DNA from: Octopus vulgaris | Taxonomy: Eukaryota | Assembly: GCA_951406725.2 (NCBI GenBank) | Contig: OX597815.1 | Location: forward strand, 33,356,001 to 33,420,000 | DNA: 64,000 nt | Direction: 5' to 3' | In this document: piece by piece, positions 36,818-50,894 of the stretch | Numbering within the stretch: the stretch's first letter is position 1 | Layout of the letters: each line of letters opens with the position of its first letter | Notes under the pieces: generated by a model | Told to the model about the DNA's origin: nothing | Database searches by the model: none | The model's input: only the letters and a program-made list of their open reading frames with translations | Program-made: the position numbers and the translations under genes

Positions 36818-37029
36818 GTATGTGTGCGTATATGTTTGTGTGTCTGTGTTTGTCCCCCCAACATCACTTGACAACCAGTGGTGGTGTGTTTGTGTCCCCG
36901 TAACTTAGCGGTTCGGCAAAAGAGACCGATAGAATAAGTACTAGGCTTTCAAAGAGTAAGTCCCGGGGTCGATTTGCTCGACTAAGTCAAATGACTGAAA
37001 CAAGTAAAAGAGAATAAAAGAGAATAAAG
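36587..37029 (+). mobile_element. SINE family A (CpG-decayed)
   Basis: Head GCAGGAGTGGCTGTGTGGTAAG; tail (AAAAGAGAAT)n. Confidence 0.9.
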
Positions 37030-38529
37030 TAAGAAACTGTGTATAACTGAGTTGGGGAAGAGATAGAAGTTGCAGATGGTGAAAAAAAAATGAGTGACAA
37101 GGAGTGAAAGACTCTAAGAAATATGAGGGGATGGGGGGACAGAACAAAAATAATAGTGTTTGTGAGTGAAAATAGTGATGGACATTCATAGTAAAAATGA
37201 AGTCAATGATTAGATTTAGCAGAGACCAGACCAAAGCAACAGAAAATATTTGCACAATATTTGGCATGTGCCTGTTGACATGTTCTACCATATACTTGTT
37301 TGATCAGAGGTGTACCCGTGAGCTATACAACAATAGTATTTCTCCTCTATTAGCTTCTCAATACAAAACTTTTAAAATATTAATACAGCAACACCACTTC
37401 TAAAAAGTACATCCAGCCTTTGCCTGCTTTGTTATTTAAATTTCTTTACAGGCTAATTGAGCCAATTGACACTTCTTATGGCAATATTGCCTTCTATAAC
37501 TTTAGAAAACAAACAAAAAAACTGTTTTTAAAACTTTATGACTCTCAACTACATTTAATTCACAACTTGAATGAAAAGTTAACACATGTTATTTCCTGGA
37601 ACATAACAAAAATCAAATCCAAACAATTAGTCTTACATAATGCAACAGTTTTATTTTTTTAAATTAGGGCTAGGGAGTTTATTGTTTTAGAACTATGTTA
37701 CTGTGCTAACAAAGATGGAATGGTCTATTTATTAGAGAAGGGCAATTGTTTTTACAGCTGGATGCCCTGATAATCATTCAATCATGAAGTAAGAATGGAA
37801 CAGTCTTTGTTAATCAACTAAGCTGGAGCAAAGAGGGCTATAAGGCTTACTCAGAAATATAATACTCTTTTTGTAAGATTTAGAATTTATGAATATGTAG
37901 TCAGTAAGTTGACCCTTTCACCTCACAGCCATTGCTTCCATTTGAAACATCATACTTCAATTTGTTAATAATGATAGCTAACAGGCACAAAGACTTCATA
38001 TTTTGGGGAAGATAATAATGGATTGATTTAACCACCATATTAAATGGTACTCATTTTTATCAACCCTTGAATGAATGAACCTCAGCAGGAATTGAATTCA
38101 GAATATTGAAGGATCTAACTAAATACCACAAATACTTTGTTCAAGATTCAACAAATTCTATTTTAATGCACATAGTTTTCTGAATTGCACAGAATCCTCT
38201 ACATTTACTTACTGATTCTTCATCACTACTTTGGCAGGAGCAGTGAAGTCTAAACAATGTTTATGAAGTGAGAATAAAACTGAAACATGCCTAGAGTTGT
38301 TACCCATATTTACTAACGAAATGAATATATTACAAAATGACTAACATCATTTTCCTTTGTCATATTATTTTTAGTTGGCTTCTCTAATGGTCTATGCATA
38401 AAATATGTTAATACTTTGAGCATTTCTGTCACATGAGCATGACTTGGTAGTAAGTACCAAGCTTTCATTAAATGTCTTAGATGCCTATTTAGTTATGATC
38501 AAACTTAGACACCCTCTCAGTCAATCCAC

Positions 38530-39945
38530 TTTTGATCCTGAGGAATATCGAAGATGTGATAGCTGGATGGACAGAGGCCTCCATCAGCAGCTGGCTGCTA
38601 CTTATTTTCAACTGAGTAAACTGGAAGAACATAAAGAAAAGTGCCTTACTCAAAGACACAATGCACTGCCTAGTCCAAGAATTGAACCCACAGCTATATG
38701 CTCATGAGTTCAATGTCCTAATTGAATCAAGTAGGGTATTTGTTCAAATCAAAACATGAAGTCACACTAACTCAGTCTGCACTGCATCTCTAGATGGGTT
38801 TGGTAACTAATACATGCCCAGTAAGCACAAGTTCATCTAGAGATGTAACCCTTTAAACTAAGGAGAGCTAACCTAAAATGAGATTAAGATAGTCAAGATA
38901 TTGCAAGCATATGGGCTTGTTTCAATGATATTGTTGGAGTACTGTTGATCATAGGTCTGTTTGATATAGACTGACCTAGAGTTAAACTTCATATCCAGGG
39001 TCCATTGAAGTTTGAAATAGTGAAAGAGAAATGCAACTTACCATTTCATCAATATAGTATAACCATACTACTTTTGTCTTAATCTCCACACATTCCTGTA
39101 CATATTTAGTATACGTATTTTTCTCTACTGTTCTACTCAACATAAGACAATTTACAGAATCCAGGGAAACTGAGGATGAAGTATCAGCAATAAGTATACC
39201 AAAGCAGAGATGCTTGATGAGTTTCATAAGTTCCATTGCTGTGAGGAATAAGGAATATAATCTTTTGATTTCTGGCCTCTTGTGTGAGAGAAAGGAAGTG
39301 CAAAATCCCAAAACAGATTATTCACTCTTCACTCATAGCAATTTGAATTATTGAACTCTTTTAGGAACTCTCCAATCTATACAGCATAACTTTATTATAG
39401 TACAGCCAGCTGTGACTTGTGAGCAAGTATGGCTTGGAGGCATGTACCCAATTTTCACTGATTGTTTTAGGTGTACATCCAGGATGTGATGGCTGGAGTG
39501 AAAGAGAGAATGGGGACTGCATCAGTATCTGGTTAGTACTTGTTTTTAGATGAGTATAGGCCTGGAGCAATGTGAAATGGAGTGACTTGCTCAAAGATAT
39601 AATGCACCACCTGCAGGAACAGAGGGCTGCACCAGGAGTTGGTTGATATTCATTTTCAACTGAACAGCCTGGAACAACATGAAATGAAGTGCTTCATTCA
39701 AAGACACACCAAACTGCACAATCCAGGAATCAAATCTACAACCTTATGAGCATGAAGTCAACACAAATCATGAGCATACAGCTGTGGGTTCAATTCTTGG
39801 ACTAGGCAGTGCATTGTGTCATTGAGTAAGGCACTTTTCTTTATGTTCTTCCAGTTTACTCAGTTGAAAATAAGTAGCAGCCAGCTGCTGATGGAGGTCT
39901 CTGTCCCTTCAGCTATCACATCTTCGATATTCCTCAGGATCAAAA
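38530..39945. repeat. 178-bp inverted repeat pair (38530-38707 / 39768-39945), SINE-derived, 173/178 identical
   Basis: Manual alignment of the left arm to the reverse complement of the right arm gives 5 mismatches and no gaps; spacer 1060 bp. Confidence 0.93.
39042..39238 (-). CDS. Candidate 197-nt exon, product unknown (MELMKLIKHLCFGILIADTSSS...VVWLYYIDEM)
   Basis: Acceptor TTCCTTATTCCTCACAG| and donor ATG|GTAAGT; one open frame across the exon; no homology recognised. Confidence 0.38.
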
Positions 39946-40807
39946 CCACATGTTTTCACTAGTTCACTATATAGCTTTAGTTTACATAGTTTACTGTACG
40001 TAATTTCACTGAACACCTTCAACCTACATTGTTTACTGTACTGCTTTATTCAACTCTGTCTTCTGGTACAACTTTTTTCTATAAATCTATTTTTGCCCTT
40101 TCTTCCAAATTCTTTATCGTTCTTCATGTTGACTCTTCTGCTATTACATCCAGCACTGCCACAGAATTTCAAGACATGTCAGAAACAATAGTCAACAAAA
40201 TTTTGCTCATCTATTTATTGCAATTATATGACATGTTTGAAAGTGAAAGCTTTTTTTCTTATCTGTATTTCTTTTTGCTTCATTTTTAGTTATTCATTAT
40301 CATCATCATCATCATTATCATCGTCGTCATCGTAGATGTTGTTGTTATCATAATTATTATTTTCTTTCTTTTTTGTGTGGGGGAGGGTCTTTTTTTCTTA
40401 AAAAACTATTGTCTTACAATGAAAAAAAAATTAACTGTCTGGAGTTCATACACTTATGCTGCCAGGCATTTTCATCATCATCAGCATCCTCCTCCTCCTC
40501 CTCATCATCATCATCATCATCATCTTCATCATTGACAATAACAACAGCTACAATATCAACACCAACCACCGCATTTCCACCATCAGTCACCACCTTCACT
40601 GTTGCTAGCCATTGCAACTCGATTATCAACAGAATAATAATTGTTTCTTATGCTACAACAAAGCCTGAGATTTACAAAGACAATTATGTGGCATTCATAC
40701 CAGAGGACATTAGCATCATTATTCAAGTAAAGAGGCTGCAACTAGGAATAAAAAGGATTTTTTTCATTACACTTTTGTATTACACGCCAATAATGATGAT
40801 GATAATG

Positions 40808-40875
<68 letters not shown>

Positions 40876-41059
40876 AAGAAGAAGAAGAGCAACAACAACA
40901 ACAACAGTAATAATTGTAATGATCGCTTTTATTTCCACAGGCTGAAGGATGAGGAGAATAGCACAAAGACAGACATAAAGTGTAGGGGTTTTACATATTA
41001 TGAAATAATTTTAAAAAATAGAAAATATATGTAGTTTACAACAGTAAAAGGAAAGAAGA

Positions 41060-42170
41060 AAGGAATAACAAAAGGGAGATATGATGTGGTCCTTCTGATA
41101 CAGGAGGATCTCTAGGAGCAGTTAAGGAATACCACCATCCCAGATCTCCCAGAACACCAAAGGCATGTGGCCGCTCTAATTTCTTTTCTCTGAGTCACAG
41201 GTCTACACTTAGAGTGGTATCATCCACTCTTGCCATTTTCAAAACTTTGACCCACTTTTCAGTAAATTCTCTCAAGGACAGCACCTCCTTCTCTGCCCTC
41301 ACTTCCCTTTACAAGACAAAAAAGTCAATGAGGGCTCTACCAAAGAGGAATGACTCTATCTTCATACCTTTGAACCTCATCACAACCACCAGACAAAAGG
41401 GAAACTGCTTTACCTGCCCAATTAAAGGAGGGCAGTGGGGCAGTTATCACTATGGATGTAGGCAATAGACAAATCCGTCCCACACATGATATCAGCTGTT
41501 TGACATAACCCCACAAGCTAGCAATGCCTGGACACTGAATGAGTTTGTGCAGAATGGTTTTGTTGCTCTGTGCTCCTTGGACAAGCCTTTTTGACAGCAC
41601 ATCCACACCTGTAGAGTTTATCTCAAACCAATAGTACCCCTCAATAGCACTGCCAAGCCAAGGACATCTGGAAACTATTCATAGTAGTCTCTGACTGGAA
41701 AGTCTTCCAAAACAGACTAGCCATTTTGTTTTCATCAATACCTAGAGTCTCCTCAAGAATGTTGCTGCACTTCTCTGCCACTAATCCTCTATATATTGCT
41801 AAAGTAGAACATCCACCAATCCCATTGCCCATCTGATAGAGGGCTGTAAATGTCTGACAACCTTCTAGGTGCTAGGTACCTAGTCTCAGTCTTTCTTTTA
41901 CTCAGGACTGCAACTTCATCAGAGATGAGCTTCAAAAAGATGGTTACTACTTGACCAGGGTGGTGTGTTTCTTATTTTCTTGTAGAAAGGACATATTCTG
42001 ACAGTGAGGCAGTCAGCCTGCTGCCAACACCCTCTGTGTGGTGGCTTAGGCATGGCATGGCTTCTCATGTGCAAACATGTGCTCAGGTTGCATCACCTGC
42101 AACAATTTCTGAATGGTGAACATGTGTGGGCTCTGTAGAGGTAGAATTGAGTTTGCGAAGGGCCACCTGG
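41060..42170 (-). mobile_element. L1/Tx1-clade LINE 3' fragment
   Basis: NSFQMSLAWQCY...DKLYRCG...TILHKLIQCPGIASLW (degenerate zf-RVT/CCHC region) ... EFTEKWVKV. Confidence 0.72.
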
Positions 42171-42529
42171 AAAAGTAAAGTTACAGAAGGATCAATGACA
42201 ATTTAAAACCAACAAGACATAGGAGGAGTAGAAAGCCATCCCTCAGGGAAACATATTCCCAAAACAAAGATGGAAGAGAGAATGCCCTAAAAATAGCTGA
42301 CAATAAGATACTGAGGCTGAGCTGGAAAAAAAAACAGGGATTCAACTGGAGAGAAGTAAGAAAGAGAAGCAAAACAGTCTAGTGTTGAGAACAGTGGAGA
42401 AAAGTCATCGGTGGCCTATACAATTGGGTTGAAGTAAAATAAGTAAAGATATCTGTAAATAATTTTGCATTGGATGAAGTAAATAACATCCAACATTTTC
42501 TGAGAATAGTTGAAAAAATATGATTAAAA

Positions 42530-42780
42530 TAATAATAATAATGAAATTATTGTATACATTGCTCAAGTGCACCGCAACTTGTCAAAAAGTGTGTATAAGG
42601 TATATGCAGTAATGTACAAATGTCTGGAAAGTGAACAGTGTATGAGTCAGATACATGCTTGCGTGTGTATGGAGGGGAGAAAATCAGGTGTAGTGTTGGC
42701 AAATCTCAGGAAGCATGGAAGTTTTGAAGGATGCAGTGCTCTGACAACTAACAATTGATGCCGGCAGTCTGTTCCGTGAT
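42530..42780 (-). mobile_element. CR1/L2-like LINE 3' end with (ATT)n tail
   Basis: NRLPASIVSCQSTASFK; related pieces at ~25580-25680 and 33278-33390. Confidence 0.65.
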
Positions 42781-43339
42781 CTTCACCAATAATCTATCGT
42801 CTGAACACCTAAAATTCTGCCCCATTTTCCTCTCTGTATATTGTCCTCTTAATCTAGCTTTAGAATGTTTGGCTGGTTTTGTCTCAGAGAAACATTGATT
42901 TATTCTTCTTTTTTCTTTTTTTCTGCAGGATTGCAAATTTCACATCATCCTAAGTCTCATCACTGATTTTTTAGACCTTTCTGCTTGAGCTCCTCTTTTA
43001 AATTTTTTTAACATTTTTCCTCCAGTTTTTAACATTTTGTCACACCTGATCCTCTTCAATTTTTTTCTCTACCATTGCAAGATGATGGAGTGGTATTATT
43101 CATTATGGGATGGACTTTCTTAGTCTACTGGTCATCAGCTTCTAAAACTATGGATGAGGATAAGTTTTTTTTTTTTCCCCCATCCTCAAAACTGCAACCA
43201 GTGATATTCTAGAAACAATAGTTTTTGTGGTATGACATTATTATCACCCTCTCTGCTGTTCTCCTTTTCTCTGTTTCTCAAGTTTCTGAGACTGAAAGGT
43301 ATCAAATGAATTTTACCATATTTAATTGCTTTTATAATT

Positions 43340-43530
43340 GCCTTTGCTCTTTGTAACTGACTGGGCTCATGCCATCTTCATTCAGACATTCCCATCCCTC
43401 TCATGTCTCCTCCCTACATGACCTATGTTTCCATTCCCCACCAGTTTCCAGACGCTGCACAATTCACTATGTCCAATCTTTCCTTGCCAGAATGATAGCC
43501 TTCTGGAATTCCTTTCCTCTTCATATCTTT
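43340..43530 (+). mobile_element. Jockey/CR1-group LINE C-terminal remnant
   Basis: RCTIHYVQSFLARMIAFWNSFPLHIFP (SFxxRxxxxWNxLP motif). Confidence 0.55.
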
Positions 43531-44694
43531 CCTCTGGTGTGGAAAGATATGAGCACAGAAAGATGTGAATATGGAAAGATATGAGAGTGGGAAGATATGA
43601 ACAGATTCTAGAAGAATATTAATCGCATCAGTCTCACCAGTCCAGAAGAACTTGAAAAGACCACGGGCTCTGCACCTTCCTCCAGGCCTAGCAAATAAGA
43701 ATAAAATGTGTAGCAGCTAGGACTTTTGACTTGCTCCATCAATCTTACGGTCTTTCCTTCTGCACTCCTCAGGCAGGTACAGCTTCAGGTGACTGAAGGG
43801 GGCCCATCAGGTTTTGCATGTCTAAAGAGACTACATCCAACCGTATGCCATTCCTGGTTACTCTCATCACCTGCCTAAACTGTGCCACAAGTGTGATGAC
43901 AAACCAGAGGACAATGACCTTGTCAACATCACTGCAAATCATGTATTGGAGGAGGAGGAGGAGGAGGAGACAAAGAAGGAGGAAGGGGAGGAAACAAAGA
44001 ATAAAGAGGAGGAAATGAAGAAGACTGAAGAGGCAAAGGAACATGATGAGGGGAGTGAGGGAAAAAGGAGGAGGAGGAGGAGAGGGAGAGACAAGTTGTG
44101 GTGGTGATGGAGGAGGAGGAGGAGGAGGGGAGGGAGAGGGAAGAGGAGGAAGACAGAAAGGGAGGGGAGGAGGAAGAGAAGTGGGGGAGGAGCAGGGAAA
44201 AGAAAAAGAAGAAAAAGAAAAGGAAGAGGAAGGGAATGAGGAGGGCAAATGTAATAAGCATAATGAAGAGGAGACAAAGAAGATTACAAAAAGAAGAAAA
44301 ATAAAACAATAGAATGATAATATGATGCATCTATTTATAGTTAAAAACAGTCTGGCATTTAATAGAAAAAAATGCAACTTATTCTTATTTGTCTGTAATA
44401 TAGTTCCAATTCACGTACATACACACTCAAGAAAAAATGCCAACCAATATCCTTTTTATCATAGGAGACTGATTTCGATCTGAAATCATATTTACAGTAT
44501 ATTCTGAGATAAAAGACAGACAGTATTGAAGACAAAACAAAACAAAACAAAAGTGAAACATTAAAATAAATAAGTTAATGAGAAACAAAATTAAACAAAA
44601 AAAAAGAGGAAAGAAAAAGAAAGAAAAATGAAAGAAAAGAAACTCTTCTAAAAGCATTTCATCCACAGAAAAGTAATTTCAGAAAAATTTCTAT

Positions 44695-44696
44695 GG

Positions 44697-44740
<44 letters not shown>

Positions 44741-44771
44741 TATGATGATAATGATAATGATAATGATAATA

Positions 44772-44843
<72 letters not shown>

Positions 44844-44903
44844 GTAATGATAATGATAATGATGATGATAATAATGATGATGATGATGGGGTGGGTAGTG
44901 GTA

Positions 44904-44934
<31 letters not shown>

Positions 44935-44944
44935 CAGCAGCAGT

Positions 44945-44983
<39 letters not shown>

Positions 44984-45002
44984 AATAATAATAATAATAA
45001 TA
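44695..45002. repeat. Compound (AAT)/(GAT)/(GTA)/(CAA) microsatellite
   Basis: Direct inspection. Confidence 0.95.
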
Positions 45003-45174
45003 GGAGCATTCAGAGGATGCAAACCTCTGCCAAGGCAATACCAACATCCTCTCAGCGATTAACCAGAGATGATTTTTAAAATGAGAATATGTGAAATAAA
45101 CTCAACTTCTCTCACAAATGAGAATACTAAAAATGAACCCAAATGCTCTCAAAAATTAAGTGAAAAAAAAATAA

Positions 45175-45370
45175 TGAAAAAAATAATCCAGAATCCTTGT
45201 CCAGTATCAGATCGATCTCAAAATCTAATCAGTTTGTGCCAGTCATGAGGCCAAACATCCATGAAAGTTTCATTCAAATCCATCCAGTGGTTCTTGAGAT
45301 ATCTTGTCCATGGACAAACAAACAAACATGACTGAAAACAATACCACCTCCTTCGCTAAGGTGAAGATAA
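45175..45370 (+). mobile_element. Helentron/DINE-like non-autonomous element end
   Basis: ...GTTTCATTCAAATCCATCCAGTGGTTCTTGAGATATC...(ACAA)n...AAAACAATACC followed by hairpin CCTTCGCTAAGGTGAAG. Confidence 0.45.
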
Positions 45371-45648
45371 CAATAATAATAACATATTGTTATGGTGTAT
45401 GGCAATATGTTATTATTATTGTTATCTAGCTCAGTGAAAATATTAATGGTGCAGGCATGGCAGTGTGGATAAGAAGATTGCTTTGCAACTATGGTGGTTT
45501 GGGGTTCAGTTCTACTGCACAGCATTGTGGGCAAGAATATTCTAGTTATAGCCCAGGGCTGACCAATGCTTTGTGAGTAAATTTGGTAGATAGAAAGGCC
45601 ATTGTATATATATGTATGTATGTGTGTATATATATATATAGGTAGATA

Positions 45649-45800
45649 TCATCATCATCATCATCATCGTTTAACGTCTGTTTACTGTGCTAGCACGGGT
45701 TGGACGGTTCGGCCGGGGTCTGGGAAACCAGAAGGCTGCACCAGGCTCCAGTCTGATCAGGCAGTGTTTCTACAGCCCTTCCTAATGCCAACCACTCCGT
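45649..45800 (-). mobile_element. SINE-like family D 3' part with (GAT)n tail
   Basis: Matches 57860-58015 in reverse complement. Confidence 0.75.
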
Positions 45801-46146
45801 GAGTATATATGTATATATATAGATACAAATAAGATATATATATATATATATATATATGTGCATATATATATATATATGTACATACATATATATGTATAAA
45901 TTCAGAGTAGATGAACAGCTGACAACTGATGAAGGATTGTTCTTTATGTTACTTGTCCTGTTTTCCATTTGTTTCTCTCGCTATTTGCATACTCAAGTTT
46001 GCCTTCGTATTTCATGTTGTTTACATTTTGTGGCGTCCTGTACCCATATACCTCCTTCTTTCTTTCCTTTCCTGAGCATCCAATAACACTATACTTGTTC
46101 CATGTCCTCACGTTGTTGTGTTTTCTCTTTGTTCATGTTTGGATTA

Positions 46147-46203
<57 letters not shown>

Positions 46204-46259
46204 ATGTATGTATGTACATATATGTATATATATATGCATATATATATACATATATACAT

Positions 46260-46740
46260 ATCATCATCATCATCATCGTTTAACGTCTGCTTTTCATGCT
46301 TGCATGGGTTGGACAATTTGACTGGTGAACCAGATGGCGACACCAGACTCCAATCTAATCTGGCAGAGTTTCTACTGCTGGATCCCTTCCTAACACTAAC
46401 TGCTCCAAGAGTGTAGTGAGTGCTTTTACATACTACCAGCACGAGGGCCAGTCTGGCAGTACTGGCAATGGCCACACTCAAATGGCGCTTTTTATGTGCC
46501 ACCTACACAGGAGCCAGTCCAGTGGTACTGGCAACAACCTCGCTCAACTGTTTTTCACATGCCACCAGCACAAGTGCCAGTAAGGTGATGCAGGAAACGA
46601 TCATGCTCGAATGGTGCTTTTTATGTGCCATCGGTATGGAGGCCAGCTTGTTGATCTGGCAATGATCACACTCGTATGGTACTCTTAGCACTCCACTAGC
46701 ACGGATGCCACTCATCGAATTTGATTTCGATTTCAATTCC
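46260..46740 (-). mobile_element. SINE-like family D with internal GGCACATAAAAAGC repeats
   Basis: Colinear with 57700-58015; directly abuts an RTE 3' fragment. Confidence 0.72.
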
Positions 46741-47160
46741 ACTTGCCTCAACAGGTCTTTGCAAGCAGAGTTTAGTGTCCAAAGAAAGAAAAGTACGCAT
46801 AAGTGGGCTGGTTACACCCTTGGCATAGGCCTCATGGTTATGGTCTCACTTGAGCTTGCTAAGTCTTCTCAAGCACAGCATATTTCCAAAGGTCCAGGTC
46901 ACTAGTCATTGCCTCGGTGAGGCCCAATGTTCAAAAGTCATGCTTCACCACTTCATCCCAGGTCTTCCTGGGTCTACCTCTTCCACAGGTTCCTTCAACC
47001 GCTAGGGTGTGGCACTTTTTTACACAGCTATCCACATCCATTCTCGCCACATGGCCATACCAGTGTAGTCATCTCTCTCGCACACCACATCTGATGCTTC
47101 TTAGGTCCAACTTTTCTTTCAAGGTACTTACACTCTGTCGAGTATGCACACTAACATACT
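46740..47160 (-). mobile_element. RTE-clade LINE 3' fragment
   Basis: LHWYGHVARMDVDSCVKKCHTLAVEGTCGRGRPRKTWDEVVKHD. Confidence 0.88.
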
Positions 47161-47251
47161 CGAGTATGCACACTGACATATATATATATATGTTAGGTTT
47201 TTCATGCTAACTACTGATAATTTCTTGTAAAGATTTTATCCTTAATTTTAA

Positions 47252-47315
<64 letters not shown>

Positions 47316-48124
47316 TATTATAATGATTAAACCCCACGCATCTGTTTCCAAGTAAGTTTATCTTAATAATTTTGATGCAACTTTACCCTGTACTCTTCTT
47401 GCTCTCCCCACTTTCATTTTCTCTTTCTTCCTTTCTCTAATTCTATTTTTCTCCCTTTCTCCTCCTTTCATTGTTTTCTCTCTCATCCTTTCTCTTATTC
47501 TTTTTTCTCCCCTTCACCATTTTCTATCTCTCTATCTCTCTCTCCTCCTTCCTCCTTTACCTTCTCTCATTGCTCACATGTGACCATCATCCATCTTTCT
47601 TTTCTTCATGTGATCATCTTTCTTTTCCTTCAGTCTGTCGCACAGACAAGATACATTCTTATTTGTCTCCTCCTCTATCTTTTCTTTTGTCAAAGAATAT
47701 TCCTCTAGCATTTGGTACCTTACCCCGTCTGGTCTAACAGCCCTCCACGTTTGTTTTCATTTGGTTTTGTGTATGTTGCCACCGTCCTGTTTTTGCTACC
47801 AACTTTGACCCTCTGCAAATCCCAAATTTTATTTTGGTTTGTTGAAGCAACTTTTTTCTAAGCCTCATATTGTCATTAATTGCTCAAAATGTGGAGTAGA
47901 TGAAGAGCTGACAACTGATGGAGGGTTGTTCTTTATGTTACTTGTCTTGTTTTCCATTTGTTTCTCTTGTTGTTTGCATACCCAAGTTTGCCATCGTATT
48001 TCATGTTGCTTATGTTTTGCAACGTCCTGAACCCATATATGCATATACATATACATATATATGTAAGTATGTACATTTATGTCCTTTTGTCTCGGGAGAC
48101 AATAGAGTTGCACATAAAATAGTC

Positions 48125-48395
48125 CGGTTTTTACATTTCATGTCCTAATACATCTCCTGCTGTGGCTGCGTAGTCCTATCCTGGACAAACACTCCCTCTG
48201 GCAGGTGCCACAAATGTAGCGAAGACTTTGCCTGACTGGTTGAAATGTCATAGTTTCTTGTTGTCATCTTTTCTTGTCTTCCATTTCTCCTTTCTCCCTC
48301 TGTCACTCCTTTGTGTTCCCTCTTCTATGGTGCATTGCTAATTTCCACGATTACTGGCAACTGCTTCCCAGTTGCTAATATTGATGTCGCAGTGG
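48125..48395 (-). mobile_element. RTE-like LINE 3' fragment
   Basis: DINISNWEAVASNRG followed by a Lys/Arg-rich tail. Confidence 0.55.
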
Positions 48396-50894
48396 TTGGC
48401 TTGGTGCTGTAACAGAAGACATTTTTGCAAAGTACTGTGCAAAGGGACAAAACCTGTAACCACATCATTTCAAAGTGAACTGCTTAACCACACACTGGTT
48501 CAACTTTGATACAAACTCTAAGAATATTACCCAGTTTGTTCATTTGTTATTTTATTTATTTATGTATGTGAGTTAGTCTAAGGAGGAAAGGCAATAGCCA
48601 TGATCTTTAACAGGGTCCCTGAGACTAGAGGAAGAAAGCTATCTTGAAGTACTTTTAAAAAGGTTATAAAAGGGCAGTTTAAGTCAAAATAGAAGGATTA
48701 ATAGAGTGTCTTGCCTCTCACAGTTGAGAAACATTTCTCATGGTACCAGCAGACAAAATGGAAAAGGCGTTGCCCTGGAGGATAGTGAAGGAGATGTACT
48801 AGAACATCAGAAGCCTGATAGGAATGCTTTCATTAGAACATATTCTTTTAAGGTGGTGAATCAACAGTCAGTGGAACATAGGGTGAAATACCTTAGTATT
48901 TACTCTGATTCTTTGAGTGCTGAGCTCAAATTCCACATCATCAACTCCTGAGTGCTGAGCTCAAATTCCACTGAGGTCAACTTTGTTTTCATTCTTTTAA
49001 TCATCATCAACTCCTGGACATTACTTTCTTGTCTTAGGACTCACAGAACTGGTTACCTGATTCCCATGTTGTTTGTATGGCCAAGATTACAAAATTCACA
49101 CTGAATGAGATGCCAGTCCATCATAGGGTTACTCATTTACAGCTGAGTAAATATGTAAAATGAAGTGTTTTACCTGGTCCAAGAATCGAAATTATGACCT
49201 TGTGACTATAAGTGCAACATCCTAACCACTAGGCCATGTGCTTTCATGTTTTGAGTGTTGATAGACTAAAATACCAGTCCATGGTGTTAAATTAGCAGAA
49301 CTTTTAGAGACATTGGACAGGGATGTCTAGTGAATCTTGTTTTAACAGTCTTGAGTGGTAGAGTCAATTTCTCCTCTAGTTTAAAAACACTACTTGATGT
49401 TTGAGTGTCTTTTGTACAGTTCTGTCTGCTTTATGCATTAGGGCTAAGTCTTGATGCAAGCACACATAACATTCCTAAAATACCTTTCATCAAAGAAGGA
49501 AAATCTTCTAGCTCCAGTCAGCTGCTGCCTCCACAAAGCTTAAGACAACCATTGGGTACTGCACACACATCTGGGATTTTAACTTTTTTTTTATTTATTT
49601 ATTGTATATTTTGTTGAAGGTAACTTCCTTCCTTCCTTCCTTCCTTCCTTCCTTCCTTCCTTCCTTCCTTCCTTCCTTCCTCCCTCTCTTCTTCTCTTCT
49701 TTCCTTCCTTCTTTCCTTCCATCCTCCCATCAGTTTCAGAGGTTCTGGAAAAAAATAATTGAACATAAGTATTGCCTTCTTTCCCTGACTAAACAATAAA
49801 AAAGGGCCCCTCAAGCTAGGTGATGATGTTAAACTAGCCAATGTATAGCCCAAGAACAAAACTGGCTCTTCTGATGGGCTTCCATACAGTTTACAACAAC
49901 CAAGTTTCACTCACAAGGCTCTGGTCAACCTGAGAATGTAGTAAAAGACATTTGATCAAAATATTACACATCACGATCTCTTTAGAAGGCAGTGAAATAG
50001 CGATGGACACTGCTTCTGCTTCTCCTGGTAAATAAGAAGTTCTCAAAGTGGTTGTTATCACCTATTAGCTGTACCATCTTAAGGCATGGACAGACTCAGC
50101 AGTTGACTGGGAGTCTCGTGTGTCTAGGGGCCCAATCTATTTATGCTGCTGCTGTGTATTCCAAAATACAATGATTACAGTGAAGTATGTTGACAAGAAC
50201 ATTGTTCTTTGGTTTGTCATTACCTTTGTTGTTGTGTATAGGGGTCTCCATGTATTGCTATGTCTGAAGTAGGGTAGGACTCCATAATTCTCTTGAAATG
50301 GCCCTGCCTATCAGGTGACATTACTATTACTTAAGGGTTTGTCATGAATGAAGATATTTTTAAGGAGACATTGAGTTCAGTGAAGTGTCTCCTTGAAATG
50401 TCCTTGCATGGAGTTGTGCAACTGCTTTGGATAATGGTGAGGGGTAATGGCACCAAAGGATGATATGTAAAGCTGAAATGGCAATGGACCAAAAATATTT
50501 GAGAATTGCACATCTAACTTATAAATAAAAAAAAAAGAATAAGAAATCAATATTATGTTAAGATTAGTGATAAGTTTACAGCCAGGTATTGATTTCCAAT
50601 TGGAACTGTCTTATATTCTTAATTTGCTTGGGAAAAGCATGAACATCATCACACTCATCTCACTTGCAGTTACTGTTATATTGTAAAAATATTTCAGAGG
50701 CATGGTTGTGTGGTTAAGAAGTTTGCTTTTACAACTAAGTGATTTGTGGTTCATCCTCATTATGCAGCACCTAGGGCAACTGTCTTCTATTATGGTCTAG
50801 TCCCTGGCCTACCAATGTTTTGTGAGGGAATTTCGTAGATGGAAAACTATGTGGAAGCCCAAGCAGAATGCTTAACAGAATATTTTATGAACAC

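Noticed and set aside
45905-45950. Hammerhead in GAACAGCTGACAACTGATGAAGG (also ~47900)
   Set aside because: CUGAUGA is present, but there is no downstream GAAA and no helix II.
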